Below, piece after piece: positions 19,153 through 39,849 of a DNA stretch of 64,000 nt. A program made the translations under genes and the position numbers. Where the stretch lies: the NCBI RefSeq assembly GCF_009914755.1, contig NC_060946.1, one strand, 5' to 3'. The notes below the pieces were generated by a model. It made no database searches. It saw only the letters and a program-made list of their open reading frames with translations, and was not told the DNA's origin. Position 1 is the first letter of the stretch. Each line of letters starts with the position of its first letter. Origin of the DNA: the human T2T-CHM13v2.0 reference genome, Homo sapiens.

Positions 19153-20690
19153 CTGCAAGACACCCCCGCAGCCCTCAGTCCCCAGCTCCAGGTCTCAGGG
19201 GCGAGCTCTTGCCCACAGTGGGAGACAAGTGCCTCTTCTGCAGCTTCTTCTGAGGCCCACACATGGCCTTCTCCCGTGGAGCCCCATCCACCCAGCCGTC
19301 AAATCCTACCTGTCCTGCACCCCGTCCTTCACCCCGTCCTCCCAGGAGTCAGCCTCCACCTGACATATCCGGGGAAAGCAAACCACCAGCCTCGTGTACA
19401 AGGCCGACCAACTCCAGGGCTGGATGCACTCACATTTCACCAACTGTCTCTGGGGCCCCCTCCCAACGGGAGACACTGAACCCGTCAGCAAAGTCAAGGC
19501 TCTGGGAGGCCCACTAAGCCACACTCCTCCTGGTGGACACTCAGTCCCTTCCGTTTTGTGCTGTCGCTAAAAACCTCCCTCACTCTTGGGACTACTTCCT
19601 GCCCTGCACTCTCTAGGATTACTGTCTTGGGAAAGAGAAGGGCCTCAATCCGACACCTACAAAGAAATGGGGAGACAGAGGAGGAGCGGCTCACCCTGCC
19701 CAAGGAGTCTGATGGATGGAGAAGGGGAAGGTGGCTGGGGGAGGGACAGCGTGTACACAGTGCCTCAGGGAGGGGAGCCTGTTGTGGCTTCAGCACAGAG
19801 GGTGGCTATGGGGTGTGGAGGCAGAGGGGAGTGGAGGGCCACGGACAGGCAGGCAGAGCACACTGTCCTGGGCCCTGGGTGCCAGGCCAGGACTCTAACC
19901 TTTATCAAGGACCAAGGGAGCCAGCCAGGTCTCCAAGCCAGGAGAGGCCTGGTCACCTGTGAGTTTTTCATCCTCAATTTGAATCCTCCTAATAGCTTCT
20001 CCACATTTGGCCAGAGAGACTTCAACGTGAACAGATGCTTGAGCCCTCATCACCTCCTCTGTGCTTCTGGACAAAGCCCCAAACCTTACTGGGGCCTCCA
20101 AGGCCCCGTCTGGCCCCACTGACCTCTCCCACCCCTTGCCCCAACCCTCCAGCCACTTCAATCCTTGAGCCTGCTGCTGACTTCAGGGCCTTTGCACCTG
20201 AAGCTCCTTTTCTTCCTTCTTCACCTGGTCAGTGCCTACTCAGCCCCAGATCTCACCTTCACTGTCACCTGCTAGGGAGCCACTCTCACCAGCCAACCCC
20301 ACCCATCCCTGGTGGCCCTTCTGGAAGCTCGGTCGCAGGTACCTGTCCCCTGCAGGGAGCACTGGCTTCCCCATGACTATGTGTCCAGTGTCCGTCCTCC
20401 AGCCAAAGACGGGCTCCTGAGGCCAGGCCTGGGCGCCCCAGCAAGGAAGGAGCCCGGGCCAGGGCCCTTCCCACCCTTCAGATCCAGTGCCTGCCCCCAG
20501 ACCTGGCAAGGTAAGGGCCTCAGCTACGGCCCAGTAAGGGGGCTCCAGGGGTACCTGAGGGTGCTGGGCTGGGGAGGCTATAGGGCTTTGGCCTTGATTG
20601 GGGAGGGTCTCCAACACCCCACATACCCACTGGTCTAGGCTGCTTCTCACCCTCTGTTCTGCAGGAAAGCTTGTATTTCTTTTTTTTTGA

Positions 20691-20849
<159 letters not shown>

Positions 20850-21506
20850 TAGTAGAGACGGGGTTTCTCCATGTCGGCCAGGCTGGTCTCTAACTCCTGA
20901 CCTCAGGTGATCCACCCGCCTTGGCCTCCCAAAGTGGCTTACAGGTGTGAGCCACTGTGCCTGGCTGAAAGCTTGTATTTCTAATTTTCATAAAAACGTC
21001 CCTGCTGGGGCCGTCATGCTGCCTCTTACTTCCCACTCGGCATGTGTGTTTCAGGTTCCGGGCTGCTGCCCCTAACGCCTGCATCTTCTCCTGTGAACCT
21101 CCACCTCGAACCCCGCAGCAGACCCCAGAAAGCCCATCACCCCAGCTCCCAGACAACACCACACGAGCCCCTCACATGTTTCCCTAGCAGGCCTGAGGGA
21201 CATTTCTTAGGGAAACGGGTAAGAACAGGGCCTGCGTGTCACAGAGGCCCGGCCGCTGACCACGGTGGAGTGGCTGCCTCACCCCGCACACTCGGGACCC
21301 AACTCCCAGGGATCTCCCAGCGTGAGAGCAGGGACGGGACTGCGCCGTCACACCTCGCAGCAGGGGCGTCTGTACCGCCAGCCGGCCTTCCTGGAGCCTC
21401 TGCTGCAGGTACCTGTCCTTGTTTGAAGGCACTTGCCCTGAACCCTGGCCCCTGTTCTCTGCCAAGACCCCCTTCTTTGGCTTTTGTTGGTAAAGATGAC
21501 GTGCTA

Positions 21507-21953
<447 letters not shown>

Positions 21954-22195
21954 TCAAAGCCTGGCCTGGCGTCAGCTCCCACGGCCCCCTCCCACCCCTC
22001 CCGGGGATTCCCCTCACGTCCCAGCTTCCTGCCTCCATGCCTTCACTCCTGCTGGTGCCACTGCCAGGGACTCTGGGCCTTCCCACTCTCATTCCAACAG
22101 ACTCGCCCTCAAAGGCCCAGGGCAGCTGTCACCTCCTCCTGAAGGCTTCCCTGCTCTCCCTGGTGGAAATGTAAAGCTTCCATCTCTCTGATCTA

Positions 22196-22651
<456 letters not shown>

Positions 22652-23545
22652 TCAGCTCAAGCAGTGGCCTGAAGGGGCAGGAAGAACTTGAGGGCTGGAT
22701 GGGCAAACTGGGGCAGAGCTAGACAAGGCTGCACGTGCCCAGGCCTGCATCCCAAGAGAGGGGCTGCAGAAGCCACTGCACCTGAGAGCCCCTTGGGAAA
22801 TGGGGCAGCCAGGACTGAGGTGGGCTTCACAGGGCAGAAAGTGGGAGCCTTCCCTGCCCAGGAACTCCAAGAGCCCAAAGCCAGGCTTCCACCCTGCACA
22901 GGGTGGGCACCCAGGGCATGGTCAGTGGCTGGGACAGTGGCAGAGGAGGAGGGGGGCTGGCTAAGAGCCAGATTGGGCCAGGGAAGGAGCTGAGACTAAA
23001 ACCCCTGAGGTCTTGTTAAGTGGGTCTTACGCTCAGGCCAGGGACGATCACATAATCAGTTCCAGTCGGAGCTGGAACCAAACCCAGCGTCCTGAGGGTG
23101 CACTCCCTGTGGGGTCCCCAGTACCCAGCATGGCCAGGAGAGGGAGTGTGAAGAAGCCATGCGGAAGGTCGGCGCTGCAGAGGCGCTTACATCCAAACGT
23201 GGCAAAGTCCACATGTGGATGGTGTCATCACTTAGAGGGGGACAACAGACCTCTCCAACAGGGCAGGACATCACAGATGCCCATCTCGGCTCAGTACGAG
23301 AACTCTCCGACCTGAGCAGTGTTCCAGCACAGAGCAGCTGCCTCAAGGAGAGACCCGTCCCTACACGTGTGAGCAGAGGCAAATCGCAGGAAAGACGGTG
23401 CAAACGCCACTCAGGATCAGGTGTGCAGGGGGCCCACCAACCTCTCCCAGGCAGCCCAGGCCTCAAAGCTGCCTCTACCAGAAGCTTCTGCATTAGGGGC
23501 AAACAGAGCCCCAAGGCCTTCTGGAAGTGGATTCCAGGACTATCA

Positions 23546-27100
<3,555 letters not shown>

Positions 27101-27585
27101 TATGAACTCACTAATGAAAGAAAGTAAGAATCAAACAGGGCAGAGGAAGCCCACACAGCTCAGAGCACCCAGGGAATCTGCACAGATGTGAAAGGTGTCC
27201 AGGTCCAGTAGTACCAGGCTGTGGGGAATGACTCTGGGGGAGGGGGAGGAGGGAGGAGACCTTATCTTCAAATCTCTCACCCCCTGCATTCCTACCCCAT
27301 AAATGGGGGATTGAACCTAAAAGTTCTGAGGGGTTCCTTCCATTCTGACCTTGCATGAGGCAGTGAGTGTGGTTCAGAGAAGGGGCTCTGTGGACAGAGA
27401 GACCAGGGTTTAAATTCCTCTGCTACTTCCTGGTGGCCTTAGCAAGAGACATCACCTTGCTTTCTCCATCTGTAAAATGGGTGGACAACAGTATCTACTT
27501 CAGAGCAGGACCATGCCCTGAGCACAGAGTAGGTGCTGGGCAATGCTGTGATGCTGACGAGGCAGCGGCGGCGGCCGGCACTCAC

Positions 27586-27717
27586 CTCCCGGTCGATGAG
27601 CCGCAGCGGGTACTTGATGTCCGGGCTCTCGAGGGTGATGGCTGGCGTGGAGCGCTGGAACAGCTTCATGAGCAGACTGTACAGGAACCAGACTGGGAAG
27701 AGCACCATATGGCCCAA
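27586..27717 (-). CDS. CYB5R3: CYB5R3 exon 2 ([44 protein letters not shown]): membrane anchor and soluble-form Met24 (27669)
   Basis: tttcag| acceptor and GAG|GTGAGT donor; 132 nt; hydrophobic anchor segment. Confidence 0.97.
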
Positions 27718-28974
27718 CTGAAACGACAGGACCCGCGGGGTCAGTGCAGGAGCCTGCCTTTCCCCAAACACACCGGCTTGTCCACACTACCAGGCCTCTG
27801 CTCACGCTGCCCCCTCTGCCAGGAGCACCCTCTCCCCACCACCCTCATCCAGAAAGCTTCATCATCCATTTTGGTGCCCACTAGGAGAAGCTATAAAGAC
27901 CAGCCTCATGACACCTGTCACTGAGCATTACCTGGGCTTCTATGCTCAGTACCATGAGAAAAAGCTCCATTTCCTCTGAAGAGCCAGGACCAAAAAGAGC
28001 TGTGGGTCTAAGCACATATCCTTTTTCACTTTGGCTACTAGGAAGCTCAGAGTAAAATTAATCTTGAGCATAATGTATTTGTGCTCCTTCCTTCTCTTGC
28101 TTCCTTCAGTCAACTTCCCTGGTCTTATTAAGTGATGTCAAGTTCTAGCTTGATTTAGACAAACAGACAAATAATAACCCCAACTCAGAATCTATCTGAA
28201 AGGCCTACACTGACCAAATGGCTCTATGGCACCTTTAAATCCAGTCCCTTGGGGCCACTGGGATTGATGCTCTCCTCTTTGCTCTCCCACAGAGCACACT
28301 AGAACAAGCCAGTGAAGCTGAGTAAACTGAGCCACTTCCCCCAAATGACATCCATGAGTGTCCCTGAGCCCTGGGGTTCTGCCATCAGGTGTAAGGGGAA
28401 GCGAAGCACTGAGCCAGGCACTGGGAAGGTCACTGGCTGTGTGACCCCGAGAAAGTCCCTTCCCCTCTCAACCTGAGTGGACCAGGTGATCTGCAAGGCC
28501 CCCAGAGCTGAGACCCTACAGCTCAGATCACCAAAGCCAACAGCCTCTGGGATCCCAGGGCCACGTCGGGTACCACACGGGCACGGCTCTCGCAGCAACC
28601 CCGTGTGGTAGGCACTGTCATCACCACCATTTCGCAGATGAGGAAACAGCCCAGAAAGGCAAAGCGACTCACCCAGTCACACAGCTGGCAGGTGAGGAGC
28701 TGACCCAGAGTCCACCCATCCCTTATACCACGCTGGGATACCTCATGACCAAGTGGACCCTGCCACACGGCCCTGAGGGGCTGTTCCTCCCCAGCCCCTG
28801 CCCCCGACATCTCAGTCTCCTGAAGGCCCTAAAAGGGGGCTGGGCATAGTGGCTCCAGCCTGTAATCCCAACACTCTGAGAGGCGGAGGCAGGTGAACAG
28901 TTTGAGTCCACGAGTTCAAGACCAGCCTGGGCAACAGGGTGAAACTCCATCTCTACAAAAAATATAAAAAGTTA

Positions 28975-29434
<460 letters not shown>

Positions 29435-29798
29435 CTAAAAGTTGGTTAGAAAACCTGAATCCCTGGGCGGGCACAGTGGCGCATGCCTGTAATCCCAGCT
29501 ACTCAGGAGGCTGAGGCAGAAGGTTGCCTGTGGAGGAGGTTGCAGTGAGCCAAGATCACACCACCACACTCCAGCCTGGGAGACAGAGCAAGACTCCATA
29601 AAAAAAAAAAAAAAAAAAAAAGGCCGGGCGCGGTGGCTCACGCCTGTAATCCCAGCACTTTGGGAGGCTGAGGCGGGGGGATCATCTGAGGTCAGGAGTT
29701 CAAGACCAGCCTGGCTAACATCGTGAAACCCAGTTTCTACTAAAAATACAAAAAATTAGCTGGATGTGGTGGCGCATGCCTGGAATCCCAGCTACTCA

Positions 29799-29903
<105 letters not shown>

Positions 29904-30088
29904 TCAAAAAAAAAAAAAGGCCAGGCGCTGTAGCTCACACTTGTAATCTGAGCACTTTGGGAGCCCAAGGCAGGCAGATTACTTGAGGTCAGAAGTTCGA
30001 GACCAGCCTGGCCAACATGGTGAAACCCCGTCTCTACCAAAAATACAAAAATTAGCTGGGTGTGGTGGCAGGCTACCCCAGCTACTCA

Positions 30089-30232
<144 letters not shown>

Positions 30233-30674
30233 TCACGCCTGTAATCCCAGCACTTTGGGAGGCCGAGGCAGGTGAATCACCTGAGGTCAGGAGTTGGAGA
30301 CCAGCCTGGACAACATGGAAAAACCGCGTCTCTACCAAAAATACAAAAATTAGCCAGGTATGGTAGCGGGCGTCTGCAATCCCAGCTACTCAGGATGCTG
30401 AGGCATGAGAATCACTTGAACCCAGGAGGCAGAGGTTGCAGTGAGCCGAGATCATGCCACTGGACTCCAGCCTGGGTGACAAGAGCCAAGACTCCATCTC
30501 AAAAAAAAAAAATTGAATAAGGCTTGTGGATTAGATAATAGTGTTGTACCAATGTTACTTTCCTGTAATTATTCTGTGGTTACGCAAAGGAATGTCCTTG
30601 TTCTTAGGAGATACACACTGAAATATTTAGGGGCAAAGGGGCAACTTACTCTTAAATGGTTCAAAATATAGACA

Positions 30675-32861
<2,187 letters not shown>

Positions 32862-33257
32862 TATGGATATGCACACATGTAGTATCTAATATATTTAACA
32901 TACATTAGATATATACTGTATAGAGAGAAATAAAGCAAATGTAGCAAATAATAACATTAGGTACATCTGGGTGAAGAGTACATAAGAGCTCTTTTTTTTT
33001 TTTTGAGACAGGGTTTCACTCTATCACCCAGGCTGGAATGCAGTGGCGTGATCTCAGCTCACTATAGCCTTGACCTCTTGTACCCAAGCAATCCTCCCAG
33101 CCCAGTCCCCGAAGTAACTGGGGCTACAGGCACGTACCACCAGGCCTTGGTAATTTTTTTGTATTTTTTGTAGAGATGCGGTTTCACCATGTTGCCCAGG
33201 CTAATCTCAAACTTCTGAGCTCAAGCCAACAGCCAGCCTCAGCCTTCCAAGTTCTAG

Positions 33258-33518
<261 letters not shown>

Positions 33519-35264
33519 TAGCCAGGATGGTCTCGATCTCCTGACCTCGTGATCCGCCCGCCTCAGCCTCCCAAAGTGCTGGGATTACAGGCGTGAGCCA
33601 CCTCGCCCGGCCAGTAATTTGAAATTATTTCAAAATAAAAAGTGTGTGAAGCCCATACTGGTAGTTCAACTAGAGAGGCTGAGAAGCCAAAGTTCATATA
33701 AAACACTGGCTCTCAAGAAAGCTGTTTCAGAGCTTGTTTATACACCCTCCCCATATACCTCCCTGATTGTAGTTCTCCCAGCAAATGTGCATGTGTGTTC
33801 TCTTATCATTACCCTACAAGTTCCCTTTTCACTTTGAGTGCCAGGAAGCTGAGAAACAAGTTCCTTGCATGCGTGCAGGCCTCTCTACTTGCTTTGTGGG
33901 ACCTGCTACGGGCCCCTTGAGGTAGTATATCCTGCAGAACACAGACAAGTGCCTCTGCTCTATTCAGAGCCAGGTAAGATGCTCCTAACCTCTCAAGGCC
34001 TAGCCCCATTGCCCCTCCCCTTCTGGAAACACTACCAGGAGTCCCTACTCTCCAACAATTTGAGGAGGACGCTCTGGTGGAGCCACGTGTCCTGTCTGTA
34101 AAAAGCGAGGGCCACTGCCTGGCCTATCTCCTTGAAGCGATGTGAGATGAGATGAGCTGGGGCCCAGGTCACGTAGGGGTCTATAACCTGGGAAGTCCCG
34201 GCTCACACACAGGAGCTTTTCCTGCCACCCTCACGGGGCCACTACCAACTGAGAGGAGTGGAATAGCCAAGTGAAGGAAGGGCAGGGTGCTACAACCTCA
34301 CACCAGGCCTGGCCCCCGCCCCCCCACCCCCCACCCTGCAACGGCCCAGCAGCTCCAAGCTGCCCAGCTACAGTTACAGGTCCTTTGTTGGGCTTAAAAC
34401 AAAAGGCCTCTCTCCCAGGCAGGGCCTCCATGCTGGGTGCAGCTGAGGCCTCGCTCCATGGGGCCCTTGGTATTTGACCCATGGGTCTAAAGGAAGGGCT
34501 GTGGATGCCTAGCCCACCCCTCACCCATGCCCAGGGCCACCCAGCTGGGGTCTCTGGCCACCACCCATTTAATCAGCATGGCCCAGGTGTTTCACTCATC
34601 CCAGGCCTCCTTTAAGGCCCCAGTTGGCAGCTGTGGACTTGGGTCAGAGAGACCAGGGTTTGAGTCCCAGCTAAGGATGGCAGGAGAGTCGCTTCACTTC
34701 CCCGGGCCCTACCTGGAGGATGGGGAGGGTGGGGAGGAAGGAGGCACACAGCGGTCAGCGCCCCTGAGCTGGCACTGTTCTGAGTAGGGGCCGCGGGTTT
34801 CCTGGAATACTCCCCACCTCAACCCTAGGCTGCGGGCACTGTGATCATCCCAGCACGTGAGGAAACTGAGGCCAGGAAAGGGGAGTGACCTGCCCGGAGT
34901 ACACCAAAGCCAGCCCTCCAAGCATCGCTCACCACATGACACTGTTATCTATCCCTCAGATAGATGAAGTGACCTGCCAAGGTCATATAGCCATTCAGGG
35001 TGGGCCGGGAGTGGACTCTCAATGTCCAGCCCAAAGTGCTGCTCTTCCTGAGCCACCTCCCAGGACAGGGGCACTCTTTCTGCTCCAGTCAAAGAGCTCA
35101 CAGCCCAAATCTGACATCCTGCCTCCCACAGTGAGGCCTGAGCACCTGCCCCCAGCCCCGGGGGTCCGAACCAACAGGCGGCTCCACCCCTCCTCAAATA
35201 CCCACCATAGCTCCCCACTGCCTACCTGAAGGCACCCTCTCTATGGCCCCAACTCTGGACTCAC

Positions 35265-35384
35265 CTCCCAGCTCTCTGCTCTTTCAACATCAAGCCCATC
35301 TTGCTTCAGGCGTTCGCATATGCTCTCCTCTCTGCCCCAAATGTCCTTGCTCTGCATGCATCCAACCAGCAAACTCCTATTCAT
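35265..35384 (-). CDS. CYB5R3: CYB5R3 alternative coding first exon (MNRSLLVGCMQSKDIWGREESICERLKQDGLDVERAESWE), giving a 334-aa isoform
   Basis: ATG at 35384, 40 open codons, strong donor GAG|GTGAGT at phase 0 matching exon 2. Matches my recollection of the annotated longer isoform N-terminus. Too short for the supplied ORF track. Confidence 0.8.
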
Positions 35385-35440
35385 TCCTCAGAGCCTAGCT
35401 CAAACATCAAATCTTCCCTGATGAGCCCTTCCCTAGCTAA
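35270..35440 (+). mobile_element. L2 (LINE-2) 3' fragment overlapping the alternative coding exon
   Basis: gcgttcgcatatgctctcctctctgcccc...aactcctattcattcctcag...agctcaaacatca...agcccttccct resembles the recalled L2 3' consensus. Confidence 0.6.
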
Positions 35441-37515
35441 CCAGGCCCTTGGTAGACTTTTCACAGCCCCTGGTCCCTTCTGGAAACTCCCTGGGGCAAG
35501 TACTATTCCGAGGATTCCTCTGCTATCGACCTCTCCCTCAGTCACAGAAACCACGCCCACGTGGAATAGAGTCTAGGGAAAAAGTTGGCCGAAGTTACAT
35601 TCACAGGAAATCACCATTGTTGGGGGCCCTGGCAATGAACTTGAATGACATTAGGAGCTGGGGTTGTGCTTGGTGCTCCCTGGAGTTCTGTTTTTCCAGC
35701 ACAGCTGCGTCAGTGCACAGCCCAGCTTAAGGCCCCTCCGCGGGCAGCTGGCTTCACGGGCTGCGAGGCACCTTCCCCCATTTCCTCCCCGGCCCTCCCA
35801 CAGTGGTGCAAGGTGGGAACAACCAGGCTCCCCGTGTGACAATGAGGGGACAAATGTAGCTCAAGGAGGCCCAGGGTGGAGCCTGGTTTCTGATTTTCTG
35901 TTGCTTTCCCACTTCCCTCCCTTGCCCTAAACCTAAACCCATGGAAGTGAGCCTGGGTGGGCGCTGGGCCAAGAAAAAGACACCCGCGTATTAGTGGCTC
36001 CGATGGCAAGTCCCCGAATGCTGGCCTCCAACCCCAGGCTGCCGGCTCCCCACAAGTCTCCAGAAGTGGCCCTGGAGCAGACCGCAGGATCTGTGTCTGT
36101 CGTCACCACTGTATCCCCAACACTCCACACAGAAAGCACTCAACAAATATTTGTGGAATGAATTAGTGAAGGGACAACAGGCTCCCACCCTCCCAGTGTT
36201 TTTATTTTGCCTAGAAGTTTCCAGAACCAGGACAAGAGCCCAGACTCCTGGATGAGGGCGCGGCACAGCCTGTCCTGTTTGTCAGAAAAGCCCGCTTGTC
36301 CTCCAAGAGCACAGGCCTCAGAGGTGGGCTTAGGATCCGGCTCCAGGCTGTTTCCACGCCTGTTCCACACTCAGAGAGGACATACGCAGCTCCCGTGGCT
36401 GAGCTGGGAGTCAAGCACTGCTCAGAAGGCCAGGCTCGCCGTGGGCAGCAGATGAGAGTCAAGGACCTTCCTTCCAGTGTCTGCTCCCAACAACAGGGGC
36501 TGCCCGGAGCCAGGCGGGCAGCCTCTGCTCACGCCACCTCATTCAGTCCTCAAGCCTGTTCATGACTCCTCCCACTTCAGGTGAGGAAACCAAGCCTCAG
36601 GGGACAGACTTGAGCCCGGGGACACTTTCTGGCCACTAAAGAGAAGGGGTGGGCTTTTTATAGGTAAAAGTTCTTATCTGGGGAGGCAGCCACAGGCAGA
36701 CCATCACCGTCGGTCAGTCGTTTAGTCCACAAACCCCAGTGGGCACTGAGGTGGCAGGTCCCATGTGCAACGCAGGGGACACAGGCCAGGAGGCCCCGCC
36801 CGAGTTCAAGCCAGACGGGGAGACAGACACCGGCAGAGAGGGCGCACCACAGCCAGGAGCAGTGGAGGGGCGAAGGTTTCACCTCCAGAAAGCCAGAGGC
36901 CCTGCCAGACTCACACGGTGGGGTGCACTCTCTTCCTACCCACACGGGTTGGAACAGGCTCTGCCCCGTCCTCGTCCACAGCACCACCCCAACCCTCACC
37001 AGCAGTGGGCCAAGTAAACAGAAGGCAGGTGGCTGAGGCCAAGGTCCCACCCCTGTGCCTCCTCACCTGTGCTGCGTGCACACTCACACACACACTCACA
37101 CACACAGACCACCTCACCCCAGCCACCTGGGGGCCCAGGAGACAGCTGCCTCCCAGCCCCTGACCTAATGCCCACAAGCCATGCTCTGCCCCACCAGGGA
37201 ACCCATCACCCGCCTCTCCTTGCCTCTAATAACACAGAGGGGAAGAGGGACACAGGGTGCCAGAGTCCCAGGGAGCCCCCAGCTCATGCACCATAGCTGA
37301 GGGGCTGCGTAGCTCTGCTCCCCACACATAGAATGCCCTGCGCAGCTGCCCACCCCTGGAATTCCCCACTGGGACCCTGGCCTCCACTCTGCCCAGGCCA
37401 GGTTAGGGGTGGGCAGAGAGAGCTGCCAGGGCCCCCGACCTGGCAGGCCCGGTCCTCCCCAGGTGCCAGCTCCCTGCCCTGGAGCTTAGACAAGCCAGTC
37501 GGGTGACTTGCTTAC

Positions 37516-37950
37516 CTGTCCCCTGCCTGCCCGCCAGCGGTCCTGCCAGAATCTGAGCGGCACCTCCCTCCTGGTCCTGTTCTAACCGGGAGGAAGTGGG
37601 AGGGAGTGGAGGAAGTTCTGCAGTGGGGGGCTCTGGCTTGGCTGGGAACTGTGGGGGAAGGGAACCCAGGAGAAGGAACAGGTGGACACAGAGCTGGGAT
37701 CTGGGCCGCAGAGTAAGCATGGGGCTGCCAGGGACAGTAGGAAAGCCCGGCAGACTGTACCTGTCAGCCTGTCAGGGTCGCTGAGCACTCACAGCCGGGC
37801 TGGGAGGCAGGGGAACCACAGTTCAGGATGGCAGACCAAGCTCCAATGTTTTCCCAGTGTGGCTGGCAGACTCCAGGGCCAACCCCTGGCCTGGATCCCA
37901 CAAAGTGTTGGGAGAGGCCTCCCATGGGGCCTGCATGTCTTAGATAAGAC
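37516..37950 (-). other. CYB5R3: Candidate alternative (erythroid-type 1S) first exon and promoter of CYB5R3; 5' limit unknown
   Basis: Strong donor ACAG|GTAAGC at 37515. AGATAA at 37942-37947 and CACCC boxes at ~38083-38094 lie upstream. The sequence is unique and non-repeat. An erythroid first exon in intron 1 is established, but this placement is inference. Confidence 0.45.
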
Positions 37951-38324
37951 ACCTAGAGCACCAGGCCCCCAGCCAGCCTCCTCCAGACTGTGGGGAGCCC
38001 GTAAGCCAGGAGGCCTGGCTCAGAATGTGCTGGAGACATTCTGGGCCAAGCGAGGATCCCAGCAGCACCCACAAAGGGTAATCCCCACCCACCCTTGGAG
38101 AGATGGGGCTGGGCGGGGGAGGGTTGGTGGAGGTCTCCCGACTCCCAGGCAGTGCTCTGCCCCTTACAGAGGACTGCTCAGCCATTCAACAGAAATATAT
38201 GGAATGAGGCCAAGAACGGCGTTCACACCTGTAATCCCAGCACTTTGAGGAGCTGGGATGGGAGGATCACTTGAGCTCAGTTTGTGGCCAGCCTGGGCAA
38301 CATAGCAAGACATTGTCTCCATTA

Positions 38325-38692
<368 letters not shown>

Positions 38693-39849
38693 CTATGATC
38701 GCGCCACTGCACTACTGTCTGGGTGAGAGACTCTTCTCAAAAAAGAAAAAAGAAAAAAGAAATGTATGGAGCAGCCAGGTGCAGGGGACGTGGCCATAAA
38801 TCCAACCACCAGCTGGAAGGTATGGAACACCACCAAAAACAGCAGGGAAGGGTTGGGTGGAGACCAGGGGAAGCTTTAGAGACACAGGCAGGACATTTCA
38901 ACAATAAAGGAGGCAGATGCTTTCTGGGGAAAAATGGGCCGGGTGTTGCATGGAGGTTGGGGTGATGCCCACAGGTTCACCCTGGCCAAGGTTGCCTGGG
39001 GTCTGAACATCCCGAAGTTCTGGGTTGGGCCACACTTTCCTTAGCAACCACCCAAGCCAAGAGGCCTTTTGCCTGGATCCCCAAGGAGGAGACTCCAGGT
39101 CCTCCCCAAGGAGGGAGGACCCAGGTGCCCTCCAAGTGGCAGATGCCAGGCATAGAGGTAGAGGTGGAGGTGGAGGAGCACTGGGCTGATTCCTCCTGTG
39201 CCAGCCTCCCCACGCCTAGCGGGTCACAGTTGACAGGAGAGCTGCCCTCTGCAGCCGCAGCCTCCACATGTCCACACAGACTCAAGCCTCCAGCCTCACC
39301 ATGGTCAACTTTTGAGAAACTGGGGAGAGGAGGTGGCCTGGGGGGAAGGGAAGGTGGCTCTAGGCCAGCCCAGGAGTGACAGCAGCAGAGTGGACTTTGA
39401 AACCCCATGGAGCAGGCTCCTTCCGGCGGCAGCGTTGTGGGACGGTGGCCAAGACTAGTTTGCATTTCCCCATCTGTGAAATGGGGCAAACAGCACTGAC
39501 ACCGCAAAGTGTGAGGTCCCCAGCACAGCTTGCAGGGTCAGTGGGAGCCTGGCCTTGCTGGGAGCCTGGCCCACTGAGCATTGGGAGGATGCCCCCGTGT
39601 CATCCGGGTTCTGTTCCTTGTTGCTAAACGTGCAAAACCCTCTGACATAGTGACATCGCACACACACACACGTTCAGTCGCAGTCAGTGACATCGCCCAT
39701 TCACATACTCCCGTACACACACACACACCCCATCACACGTTTCCATGCCCGCCCTTCACACCCACGGTCACACTCACACACACATTCACTCTCAAGCCAT
39801 TCACACGCTCGCTCACACACTCACACTCAGCGGCACACACGCTCACAAC

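Noticed and set aside
19308-19345. 12-bp x3 repeat (LHPV in a plus-strand ORF)
   Set aside because: Short degenerate intronic tandem with no evidence of coding or regulatory meaning.
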